Assembly: GCA_019114715.1 (NCBI GenBank)
Contig: DXEZ01000328.1
Location: 1-40,913, forward strand
Direction: 5' to 3'
Length of the DNA: 40,913 nt
DNA from: Candidatus Sphingobacterium stercoripullorum
Lineage (GTDB): Bacteria > Bacteroidota > Bacteroidia > Sphingobacteriales > Sphingobacteriaceae
A model generated the notes under the pieces. It was not told where the DNA came from and did no database searches. It saw nothing but the letters and a program-made list of their open reading frames with translations. Positions 29,372-37,938 of the stretch are shown here, piece after piece. The stretch's first letter is position 1; the number at the start of each line of letters is the position of its first letter. Made by a program: the position numbers and the translations under genes.

Positions 29372-30139
29372 TTGGAAGTTACATTTTTAGGGACAGGTAC
29401 ATCACAAGGGGTCCCAGTTATAGCATGTGGATGCCCGGTATGCAAGTCGCAAGATAGCCATGATAAAAGACTACGTAGCTCAATACTAATCAGCTACAAC
29501 AATAAAAATATAGTAATCGATACAGGACCAGACTTCAGGCAGCAAATGCTAAGAGAAGAGGTAGTAGAGCTAGATGCCGCTCTTATCACCCATAGTCATA
29601 AAGACCATATAGCTGGTCTAGATGATATCCGGGCTTTTAACTTCAAGCAGCAAAAGTCCATCAATATCTATGGTTCTAGAGCTACCCACGATGCACTTAA
29701 AAGAGAGTTTTATTATGCATTTTCAGATTTTAAATACCCAGGTGTTCCCCAGTTGAACTTAGAGGAAATTGCACACAACCAACCGTTTGAATTATTTGGT
29801 AAATCGATTATCCCCATAGAGGTTATGCATTATAAGATGCCTGTTTTAGCATTTAGGATCGATAATTTCGCCTATATAACAGATGCTAAGACCGTATCGC
29901 AAGAATCTAAAGAATTACTTAAAGGGGTGGATACCTTGGTGGTGAATGCCCTCCAAATTTCACCTCATTTATCACACTTCACCTTGCATGAAGCCATTAA
30001 GTTTGCTGAAGACCTTCAGGTTTCAAAGTGCTATTTTACCCATATCGGCCACAATCTCGGTAAACATCAAGAAGTGATGCAGCAGTTACCTGAAAACGTA
30101 TTTTTAGCTTATGATAGTTTAACTTTAAAACTTTCTTAA
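29372..30139 (+). CDS. MBL-fold metallohydrolase, PhnP-like phosphodiesterase
   Basis: FLGTGTSQGVPVIACGCPVC, DTGPDFRQQ, THSHKDHIAGLDD, YITD, THIGH, AYD. Confidence 0.92.
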   Translation: MEVTFLGTGTSQGVPVIACGCPVCKSQDSHDKRLRSSILISYNNKNIVIDTGPDFRQQMLREEVVELDAALITHSHKDHIAGLDDIRAFNFKQQKSINIYGSRATHDALKREFYYAFSDFKYPGVPQLNLEEIAHNQPFELFGKSIIPIEVMHYKMPVLAFRIDNFAYITDAKTVSQESKELLKGVDTLVVNALQISPHLSHFTLHEAIKFAEDLQVSKCYFTHIGHNLGKHQEVMQQLPENVFLAYDSLTLKLS

Positions 30140-30210
30140 AAACAATTCCCCTAGCAAAACGGTTATACTAATAACAAAATAAAGGTTTAACAAATTAATC
30201 AATAAATGCT

Positions 30211-30363
30211 ATGGGAAATATTTTGTATATAATTGCTGTTATCTTAGTCATTATTTGGGCTATTTCATTTTTAGGAGGTTTTTTCACAGGAGGAATCATT
30301 CATACGCTATTAGTTATCGCTATTATCGTGATCTTATTAAGAGTAATACGAAGTAATGCGTAA
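30211..30363 (+). CDS. 50-aa two-TM small membrane protein (lmo0937 / DUF5670 family)
   Basis: MGNILYIIAVILVIIWAISFLGGFFTGGIIHTLLVIAIIVILLRVIRSNA*; absent from the ORF track; A-rich upstream region. Confidence 0.88.
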   Translation: MGNILYIIAVILVIIWAISFLGGFFTGGIIHTLLVIAIIVILLRVIRSNA

Positions 30364-30440
30364 TGAATTACCTGAAGTGGTTAAATAACCAAATACTCAG
30401 CAATAAATGGGTAAATCCAAAGGGATCGATAGAGAATTAA

Positions 30441-32234
30441 CTACTCTTCAATAGATTGTTCAGCAGTTTCTAATTGTTGCTTTTGGTACAGTTCGTAATA
30501 GCTACCTTGAAGTTTCAGTAATTCTTCATGATTCCCACTTTCAATGATCTGCCCATCATCCAAAACCAATATTTTATCAGCATGCTTAATGGTAGATATT
30601 CTATGTGCAATGAATAGCGTAGATTTATTTGCCATTAATTTTTTCAGTGTATTGAGTATTTGTTCTTCAGTTTTAGTGTCTACTGCGGATAAGCTATCGT
30701 CAAAAATTAAAACCTGCGGATCTTTAATTAATGCGCGCGCAATCGATAGACGTTGCTTTTGTCCACCAGATAAGGTAATTCCGCGTTCCCCAATTTCAGT
30801 ATCAAAGCCTTCTTTAAAATCAATAATATTATGGTAAACCACAGCATCTTTCGCTGCTTGTTCTACTTGCTCTCTGGTGAACTCATCCAGACCAAAGGCT
30901 ATATTATTAGCGATACTATCAGAAAACAAAAATAACTGTTGGGGAACAAAGCCAATTTGACTCCTAAGGCTTTGGAAAGTGAATTGCTCAATAGGAACGC
31001 CGTCGTACAGTATGCTACCTTCATCCCTGTCGTACATACGCATGAGTAAATTAGCTAATGTACTCTTACCCGACCCAGTGCGGCCGATAAGGGCAACTGT
31101 TTCTCCTGGATCAATGGTAAAGGAAATGCCATCGATGGCTTTAATTCCAGTATCCGGGTATGTGAAACTCAGGTTTTCAACTTGAATGCTTCCTGTGAGC
31201 TTTTTACTAGTAGTTCCCGAGGTTATATCGGGCTTGGTATTTAGAAACTCGTTGATTCTTTTTTGTGAGGCAGCAGCCCTTTGGATGAGTGAGGTAACCC
31301 AAGCAAGCGACATAGCAGGGAATGTCAACTGGTTGACGTAAATAATAAACTCGGCAATGTTACCCGCTGTAATCCTTCCTTTATCGACCTCCAAGCCTCC
31401 GACATAGACCGTAATGATAGTACTCAGCCCAATGAGAAATAATATCATTGGAAAAAACACGGCTTGAACACGAACTAATGAGAGAGATTCATCTCGGTAA
31501 GTGTTACTTTGCTCAGCAAAAACTGCTTTTTTATCTTCTTCCTTACTGTAGGCTTTAACTACTCTGATTCCTGAAAATGTTTCCTGTACAAAGGAAGAAA
31601 GTTTGGATAACTGTCGCTGTATACGCTCACTTCTTTGATTGATGAGTTTATTCACAAAAAGGATAATAATAGAGAGTATGGGTATAGGTAATAAGGCATA
31701 GGTAGCTAAATTCGCATTGACCCTATACATGGAGAATATTATCATTATAGATAAAACTATCGTGTTGATAGCATACATCAAGGCTGGGCCCAAATAGTTA
31801 CGGACTTGATTCACATCCTCAGTCGCTCTGTTCATCAGATCCCCAGTATTGTTTCTTCGGAAGAAAGCTAAATCCAATGATTGGTAGTGTTCATAAATAT
31901 CATTTTTTAAATCGTATTCTATGAACCTAGAGGTTAAAATAATGGTTTGACGCATCAAAAAGAGAAATAATCCTCTTAATAAAGCTAGAATAAAAACTAA
32001 AGCACCAAAAAATAGCAACGTACTGCCAAAAACTTTATACAGCAACTCTTGTCTTTCAAAACCATCATACAGGCGGTATAAATCTATGGTCTCTTTAACC
32101 AGGTCAAAGGCTTCCCGAATAACTTGAGCAGGTAGAATTCCAAAATAGTTTGAAATAGCAACAAAAATAACCCCGGGGATTAAATACCATTTATATTTGT
32201 AAAAATATTTATTTAGATACGCTAATTCTCTCAT
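30441..32234 (-). CDS. ABC exporter, fused TMD-NBD (MdlA/MsbA-like)
   Basis: TM domain with TGDLMNRATED, Walker A GRTGSGKST, signature LSGGQKQR, degenerate Walker B LIFDDSLSAVD. ATG at 32234. Confidence 0.93.
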   Translation of the reverse strand: MRELAYLNKYFYKYKWYLIPGVIFVAISNYFGILPAQVIREAFDLVKETIDLYRLYDGFERQELLYKVFGSTLLFFGALVFILALLRGLFLFLMRQTIILTSRFIEYDLKNDIYEHYQSLDLAFFRRNNTGDLMNRATEDVNQVRNYLGPALMYAINTIVLSIMIIFSMYRVNANLATYALLPIPILSIIILFVNKLINQRSERIQRQLSKLSSFVQETFSGIRVVKAYSKEEDKKAVFAEQSNTYRDESLSLVRVQAVFFPMILFLIGLSTIITVYVGGLEVDKGRITAGNIAEFIIYVNQLTFPAMSLAWVTSLIQRAAASQKRINEFLNTKPDITSGTTSKKLTGSIQVENLSFTYPDTGIKAIDGISFTIDPGETVALIGRTGSGKSTLANLLMRMYDRDEGSILYDGVPIEQFTFQSLRSQIGFVPQQLFLFSDSIANNIAFGLDEFTREQVEQAAKDAVVYHNIIDFKEGFDTEIGERGITLSGGQKQRLSIARALIKDPQVLIFDDSLSAVDTKTEEQILNTLKKLMANKSTLFIAHRISTIKHADKILVLDDGQIIESGNHEELLKLQGSYYELYQKQQLETAEQSIEE

Positions 32235-32401
32235 GCTCAATTTGTGTGTTATACGCACTAGCCATAAAGGAGTCTTTATGTTCTACCTTAAATACGTAAT
32301 AGCAACAAAATTAACCTAATATTACGTAATAAAAAATATATAACCTTATAAAAAACATATCATTTAATTAGCCTTTTATGCGATAGTCTGCTTTTTATTC
32401 T

Positions 32402-32409
32402 TAATTTTG
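32402..32409 (+). promoter_or_regulatory. -7 promoter box of the nusB operon
   Basis: TAATTTTG about 205 nt upstream of nusB; a divergent TAATTTTG for the ABC gene lies at 32306-32313 on the minus strand. Confidence 0.5.
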
Positions 32410-32599
32410 TGCCGAATTGAAATTAAAGGGAGACCGTTTAGAATCTGGGGTCAGCCCGTTGTAAAGAACTCCATCCATTTAAAACAATTCATATAGCTTT
32501 ATTGTCTATAGCATGATATAGGTACTAAAGCGAGATAGCATGGAGGTTTCATGCTACATATTGCAGGAAATAAAATTTATATTTTTATAATAAATAATC

Positions 32600-32611
32600 C
32601 GTTCTTTAAAA
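32600..32611 (+). promoter_or_regulatory. boxA-like Nus-factor binding element
   Basis: CGTTCTTTAAAA ends 4 nt before the nusB ATG and resembles the boxA consensus GYTCTTTAANA. Confidence 0.65.
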
Positions 32612-32615
32612 ATTT

Positions 32616-33563
32616 ATGCTAAATAGGAGAAATCTTAGGGTCAAAGTGTTGGAAACACTTTACGCGTATTCGGTATCAGATGATAAAGAAATTAAGAAGT
32701 TCGAAAAACAGCTACTTAAAAATGTTGAGCTCGTAGACCAAATGTATATTTGGACGCTTAATTTACTAGATGAAGCGGCGGGTTATGTCACCATTGATGC
32801 AGAAAGTAGGGCGAATAAGTTTATCCCCGATGAGCGTGATAAGATTTACACGACCAAACTAGATTCAAATACATTTATCGAATCGCTAAGAAGGAATAAA
32901 ACGTATTTAGAGCGCGTCAAACGCTATAAAGTAGATTGGAGCTTTGATCCAGAAATAGTTCGCGTAATATTTTCTAAACTTAAAGATACTGAAGAGTACT
33001 TAGACTATTTGAAAAACGAAGATCGATCGATCGATAGTGAGAAGAATATCATACGCTATATTTTTCGTCAAATAATCTTAAAAACACCGGAAATAGATCA
33101 GTCATTTGAAGCTTTATTTCTTCATTGGGTCACAGATAAAGAGGTGCTGAAGGCGATGATAGCAAAAACTTTCAAAAACTTCTCTAGCGAGAACCCATCA
33201 GAAAATCGCCTTGTAGAAATTACGCCGAATTGGGAAGAGGACCGCAATTTTGTTATTCAGCTCTTACAGCAAACAATACGCTATGAGCATGAGTATCAAA
33301 ATCTGATCAGTGAAAACTCAAAAAACTGGGATTCAGATAGATTGGCGTTAATGGATACATTAATTATGAGAATGGCTTTAGTGGAGTTTGAGCATTTCTT
33401 TGAAATACCTATAAAAGTAACTTTAAACGAATATATAGATTTGGCCAAACAATACAGCACTCATAAAAGTGGAGTTTTTGTTAACGGTATACTCAATAAG
33501 ATATTAGTTGATTTTAGAGAACAAGGTAGAGTTAATAAGCACGGAAGAGGTCTAATAGGATAA
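32616..33563 (+). CDS. nusB: Transcription antitermination factor NusB (long Bacteroidota form)
   Basis: MLNRRNLRVKV, NWDSDRLALMD, IPIKVTLNEYIDLAKQYS, FVNGIL. Confidence 0.94.
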   Translation: MLNRRNLRVKVLETLYAYSVSDDKEIKKFEKQLLKNVELVDQMYIWTLNLLDEAAGYVTIDAESRANKFIPDERDKIYTTKLDSNTFIESLRRNKTYLERVKRYKVDWSFDPEIVRVIFSKLKDTEEYLDYLKNEDRSIDSEKNIIRYIFRQIILKTPEIDQSFEALFLHWVTDKEVLKAMIAKTFKNFSSENPSENRLVEITPNWEEDRNFVIQLLQQTIRYEHEYQNLISENSKNWDSDRLALMDTLIMRMALVEFEHFFEIPIKVTLNEYIDLAKQYSTHKSGVFVNGILNKILVDFREQGRVNKHGRGLIG

Positions 33564-33567
33564 AACT

Positions 33568-34050
33568 ATGAAAAAAAGTAATATATTATTATTGACAATT
33601 TTAGGGATCATGGGGTTTACAGGAGTTTCTTGTTCAGGAAATTCAAGTAATAACCAAGATAGCAATTACGTATCACCTTATGAAGATCCCGAGTATGAAC
33701 CCAATCATTCAGACTCCTTAGTTACACAGACAACTGAAGGCGGTGAGATAGCATTCCAGAAGAAAAGCTTCGACTTTGGAACGATCAAAGAAGGCGAAGA
33801 TATTCTACATAAATATACCTTTACAAATACAGGCAATCAGCCTGTCATCATTGGTAAGGTTGTAACCTCCTGTGGATGTACTAGCTCCAATTTCAGTTCA
33901 AAACCTGTGTTGCCAGGAGAAGAAGGATTCATAGAAGTAGAATTTAAAAGTGATGGACAGGTTGGTAATCAACAAAAAACAATAACTGTTCAAGCAAATA
34001 CCGAAGAAGCCATTTACTTATTGAAATTAAGTGGCAAGGTTGAAAAGTAA
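33568..34050 (+). CDS. DUF1573-domain lipoprotein
   Basis: Lipobox GVSC; FDFGTI, FTNTG, SCGCT, PVLPGEEG. Confidence 0.9.
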   Translation: MKKSNILLLTILGIMGFTGVSCSGNSSNNQDSNYVSPYEDPEYEPNHSDSLVTQTTEGGEIAFQKKSFDFGTIKEGEDILHKYTFTNTGNQPVIIGKVVTSCGCTSSNFSSKPVLPGEEGFIEVEFKSDGQVGNQQKTITVQANTEEAIYLLKLSGKVEK

Positions 34051-34113
34051 TGTGTGTTTTCATTACAAATAAAAATCGATAATTTTAACAATCATCAAAT
34101 TGCAAAGATAGAT

Positions 34114-34425
34114 ATGAACTATTCAATTTTATTACAAGCAGGAGCAGGCGGTGGCCTAATGAGTTTCTTACCATTGATTTTGGTAATCGTTGTCTTTTAT
34201 TTTTTCATGATCCGTCCGCAGGTCAAGAAACAAAAGGAACACAAAAAATACATTGACGAGCTGGATGTAAATGACCGCGTAGTTACTAATGCAGGTATTC
34301 ATGGAAGAATTGTAGAGGTTAATGAAACTACTTTTTTAATTGATGTAGGGTCAAGCGTTCGCATCCGTTTTGAAAAATCAGCGATTGCACTAGACGCATC
34401 TAAAGCTTTAAACACTAAAAGCTAA
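34114..34425 (+). CDS. yajC: Preprotein translocase subunit YajC
   Basis: VVFYFFMIRPQVKKQK, VVTNAGIHG, FEKSAI. ATG at 34114. Confidence 0.94.
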   Translation: MNYSILLQAGAGGGLMSFLPLILVIVVFYFFMIRPQVKKQKEHKKYIDELDVNDRVVTNAGIHGRIVEVNETTFLIDVGSSVRIRFEKSAIALDASKALNTKS

Positions 34426-34498
34426 GCCTTTAGCCTTTGGCACAGCCAAACCAATCAGGCTTTTCTTGCATCGAAGGAACATTTTTAAAGAAATTGTT

Positions 34499-34530
34499 AA
34501 GCTATATATCATAAAGGTATATAGCTTTTT
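34499..34530 (+). terminator. Intrinsic terminator after yajC
   Basis: AAGCTATATATC-ATAAA-GGTATATAGCTT followed by TTT. Confidence 0.65.
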
Positions 34531-34685
34531 ACATTTAACAATGGTCGTTTTTCTAATGTGCCAGAAAAAGGGACTCTTAGATTTAAGAACATATTTTTTG
34601 TAATTTTAAAAATCCCATGAAAATTAGATACATTTGGGCATTAGCAGAATGGATCGTAAGAATTGGCAAGGTAACAAACAAATAA

Positions 34686-35633
34686 ATGGTACACAGTAGG
34701 CATATAAAGGTTAGAAGAAGACGGCTTGTGATTTTTTTCAGATGCCTAGTCATTTCATTTGTTGCATGGGCTTTATTTGCTGTTTCTAATAATTACACAG
34801 TCAATTTTAAAGTTGGCTTAGAGTATGTAAATGCACCTGAAGATAAAGCATTTCACCCGCTGCAATCGGATACTGTTCAAGTTACTTTAGAGATGTCTGG
34901 GTGGAAGCTGCTGGCCATGCGGGTAAAAAGTGATTCAGGTAAGATGAGAGTGGATTTGAGCCCACTTGAGGAGAAAAACAATGTGATTTTTTCGAATCAA
35001 TTGAACTTTATAAACCGGCAATACCCATCCGATAGAAAGGTGTTACGGGTTTCACCAGACACCCTTTATTTCGACTTTTCCCAACAAAGCCAAAGGCGTG
35101 TTCCAATCAAGCCCTTATACAACTTAAACTTTAGAAAGCAATACGGAATCACCGGGAAGGTTTGGACCAACCCGGATTACGTGACTATCGCAGGCCCGAT
35201 GGAAGATGTCGCCAATATCGAATATATAGAAACTGATACAATACGTGCCTCAGACGTATATGCAGATTTAAGAACTAGGGCCGCACTTAATAAAAAGAAT
35301 AAAACGCACATTTCTATTTATCCCACTTCCATCGAAATTGCCATACCGGTTGGTGAGCTTACCGAGAAAATCATTGAAGTTCCCATCAAAGTGGAAGGAG
35401 CATCCAAGTATACCTCTGTGCGTGTCCTTCCTCCTAAAGTGCAGGTTAAAGTTTTAGTCGCGCTAAAGGATTACAACTCGATTAGTTCCAGTGACTTTGA
35501 GGCTGTTGTAGATCTTGCAAGATGGGAGGAAGAAAGATTGAAAAACCTTCCCGTTATACTAACCAAAAAGCCTGAGTTTTGTGAGCTTGTGAGTATTGAC
35601 CCTCAAAATGTAGATTTTTTTGTTAGACGATAA
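34686..35633 (+). CDS. YbbR/CdaR-like domain membrane protein
   Basis: N-terminal TM, repeated beta-rich units (PDYVTIAGP, EKIIEVPIKV, PPKVQVKV, IDPQNVDF); conserved position before coaE. Confidence 0.82.
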   Translation: MVHSRHIKVRRRRLVIFFRCLVISFVAWALFAVSNNYTVNFKVGLEYVNAPEDKAFHPLQSDTVQVTLEMSGWKLLAMRVKSDSGKMRVDLSPLEEKNNVIFSNQLNFINRQYPSDRKVLRVSPDTLYFDFSQQSQRRVPIKPLYNLNFRKQYGITGKVWTNPDYVTIAGPMEDVANIEYIETDTIRASDVYADLRTRAALNKKNKTHISIYPTSIEIAIPVGELTEKIIEVPIKVEGASKYTSVRVLPPKVQVKVLVALKDYNSISSSDFEAVVDLARWEEERLKNLPVILTKKPEFCELVSIDPQNVDFFVRR

Positions 35634-35634
35634 T

Positions 35635-36237
35635 ATGGCTATAAAAGTAGGTATAACAGGAGGAATTGGAAGTGGCAAAAGCTTCATCAGTAGGATATTT
35701 GAAGCCTTATCAATTCCTACATATGACGCAGATAAGCAGGCCAAAGAATTAATGAATAGCGATCCGGAAATTAGAGAAAAGCTAATCGCCGCATTTGGTG
35801 CAAATACCTACAACACTTTCGGAGTGTTAGATCGGTCTTATCTTTCTGAAGTAGTTTTTAAAGATGAAGAAAAACTCAAAAAACTAAATGATATTGTACA
35901 CCCCATAGTTATCAATCATGGGAATCGTTGGGGCGATGAGCAAAAAGGTCCCTATAGTTTAAAAGAAGCCGCACTTCTTTTTGAGAGTGGTTCTTATAAA
36001 AACTTAGATTATACAATCCTAGTAACCTCTCCATTAGAGTTGAGAATCAAGCGGGTAATGGAGCGCGACCATACATCTAGGGAGCAGGTTGAAAGTAGAA
36101 TTTCCAAGCAAATGAGTGATCAAGAAAAAATACCTTTAGCCGATATTGTGATTATAAACGATGCGCAAACTCCATTATTACCACAGATCATGGACATCCA
36201 CAATCTCTTACTGAGTAAAGCAGAGTCCCATGCTTAA
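35635..36237 (+). CDS. coaE: Dephospho-CoA kinase
   Basis: VGITGGIGSGKS, YDADK, LNDIVHP, EAALLFE, RVMERD. ATG at 35635. Confidence 0.96.
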   Translation: MAIKVGITGGIGSGKSFISRIFEALSIPTYDADKQAKELMNSDPEIREKLIAAFGANTYNTFGVLDRSYLSEVVFKDEEKLKKLNDIVHPIVINHGNRWGDEQKGPYSLKEAALLFESGSYKNLDYTILVTSPLELRIKRVMERDHTSREQVESRISKQMSDQEKIPLADIVIINDAQTPLLPQIMDIHNLLLSKAESHA

Positions 36238-37195
36238 CATATTAAGTGATTTTCTAGTCCAGAATGACCAAGGCTATTTTTGTAAATACGGTGGTTTTTA
36301 TATCGATGCACTAAAACCTGTAGGGTTAAACATCATCAGCCACGCTCATGGCGACCATGCTACAAAAGGCCACGGACATATATTTGCAACTAAAGAGACC
36401 GTTGCACTTATGAAGGCTAGATATGGCAACTCTATAGCTCTTGAAGTTTCCCAAATACCGCTTCGCAAGAACTTCAAGGTAAATGGCGTGGAAGTGACAC
36501 TCTACCCTGCGGGACATATGCTTGGGTCCGCGCAAATATTAATGGAGTACCAAGGGGTCAGATACCTATACACTGGAGATTATAAGCTTAATGGTGACCG
36601 TACATGTGAGCAGTTTGAATTTACAAATGCTGATGTGCTAATTACTGAAACGACCTTTGCAGATCCTAAAGTTGAGCACCCTGATGTTAAGCAGGAGATT
36701 TTAAAACTCAACAATAAGGGGTTTGACATCCTGCTTGGCTGCTATGCAATGGGGAAAGCCCAAAGCATCAATGCCTTGATAAATACACACTGCCCAGAGC
36801 TAGAAGTTGTCGTGCATCCGCATATTTTAACATTCCATAAGATATACAATGAATTTCTGGCTAAAAAAGACCAGCTTCAATTTACTACATATAACCAAAA
36901 ACTCTTAAAACATAGCGCTAATAACCGAATATTCCTTTTACCTCCAAATATATTCAATAGAAGTCACTACAGCCCTTTGCAGCTTAAGGCCTTTGTTTCA
37001 GGCTGGCAACACCTGCATAAACACAACGATTTGGCCATTTATATTTCCGATCATGCAGATTGGAAAGACATCATCCTAGTTATTAAGCGAATTCAGCCCA
37101 AACAAGTATGGACTGTGCATGGCGATGGGAGGCAGCTCAAGGAACATCAAAAAGGGAATATGCTTGTGAAAACCTTAGAAAAGGAAAATTTGTAA
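36230..37195 (+). CDS. MBL/beta-CASP exonuclease (ligase-associated DNA damage response exonuclease-like)
   Basis: SHAHGDH, PAGHMLGSAQ, YTGDYK, TETTF, SDHADW, VHG; overlaps coaE by 8 bp. Confidence 0.85.
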   Translation: MLNILSDFLVQNDQGYFCKYGGFYIDALKPVGLNIISHAHGDHATKGHGHIFATKETVALMKARYGNSIALEVSQIPLRKNFKVNGVEVTLYPAGHMLGSAQILMEYQGVRYLYTGDYKLNGDRTCEQFEFTNADVLITETTFADPKVEHPDVKQEILKLNNKGFDILLGCYAMGKAQSINALINTHCPELEVVVHPHILTFHKIYNEFLAKKDQLQFTTYNQKLLKHSANNRIFLLPPNIFNRSHYSPLQLKAFVSGWQHLHKHNDLAIYISDHADWKDIILVIKRIQPKQVWTVHGDGRQLKEHQKGNMLVKTLEKENL

Positions 37196-37313
37196 TGCAA
37201 TAACGACAGTGTGAAAGTAAATGGTGAATTAGAGCTTTTATATTGAGAAATTGCGGTTAATATGCGGGCTTTTTTGTATACTTGTTTGTAGTAAGAGTGA
37301 TATAAAACCGTCT

Positions 37314-37883
37314 ATGAAACTTGATGAATATCTAAAAAAAGAATTCTCATTAGATAAAACAGTTATAAATACAATTGTCAACTCTGGAAAACGTTTGGTT
37401 TTTCAAAAAGGCGACCTGATAATCCCTGCTCATCACTATTCTAGATACGTTTATTTTGTAGAGAAAGGCTTAACGCGCATATTTTACTATAAAGAAGATA
37501 AGCTGGTTACTCATTACTTTTTCCTTGAAGGGGAATTTCTGGGTAATTCGGATAGCTTGCTCTTTAATAAAGAGTCAAACTATGGAATAGAGGCCTTGGA
37601 ACCTGAAACAGTGGTTTTCCGCGTTGCTTATGAAAAGATCATGGAGCTGGCCGAGAATAACTTGGCGGTCAATAAAATTGTCCATCAAATATTATTCAAT
37701 ATGCTAGCTAGTTACTCCAGTAGGTTAAACAGTTTACAGTTTGAAAGCGCTCAAGATCGCTACAAGCAACTACTTGCTAATCGTCCGCAAATAATTCTTC
37801 GAGCTGCTTTAGGAGACATAGCATCTTATTTGGGAATTTCCCAGCAAACACTCAGTGTCATTCGTTCACAAATTAAAGAATAG
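37314..37883 (+). CDS. Crp/Fnr-family transcriptional regulator
   Basis: cNMP-binding fold (YFVEKGLTR, FFLEGEF, IEALE), SAQDRY, HTH IASYLGISQQTLSVIR. ATG at 37314. Confidence 0.92.
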   Translation: MKLDEYLKKEFSLDKTVINTIVNSGKRLVFQKGDLIIPAHHYSRYVYFVEKGLTRIFYYKEDKLVTHYFFLEGEFLGNSDSLLFNKESNYGIEALEPETVVFRVAYEKIMELAENNLAVNKIVHQILFNMLASYSSRLNSLQFESAQDRYKQLLANRPQIILRAALGDIASYLGISQQTLSVIRSQIKE

Positions 37884-37886
37884 TTA

Positions 37887-37934
37887 TTTTTTAAGAAATC
37901 TTAAAAAAGATAAAGTTTTATTTCCCCACCTTTG
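37887..37934 (+). promoter_or_regulatory. Palindromic operator and -7 box of the efflux operon
   Basis: Inverted repeat TTTTTTAAGA-AA-TCTTAAAAAA (37887-37908) and weak -7 box CACCTTTG (37927-37934). Confidence 0.55.
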
Positions 37935-37938
37935 TGGC

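Noticed and set aside
34686-35633. YbbR/CdaR protein as evidence of a c-di-AMP operon
   Set aside because: No diadenylate cyclase gene is adjacent, and this position before coaE is the ordinary Bacteroidota arrangement.
37251-37938. Extended N-termini given by the ORF track (Crp from 37251, TolC from 37855; likewise prmC, ubiX, yajC, coaE and HlyD)
   Set aside because: The upstream starts run through promoter regions or neighbouring genes; downstream ATGs give family-typical N-termini.
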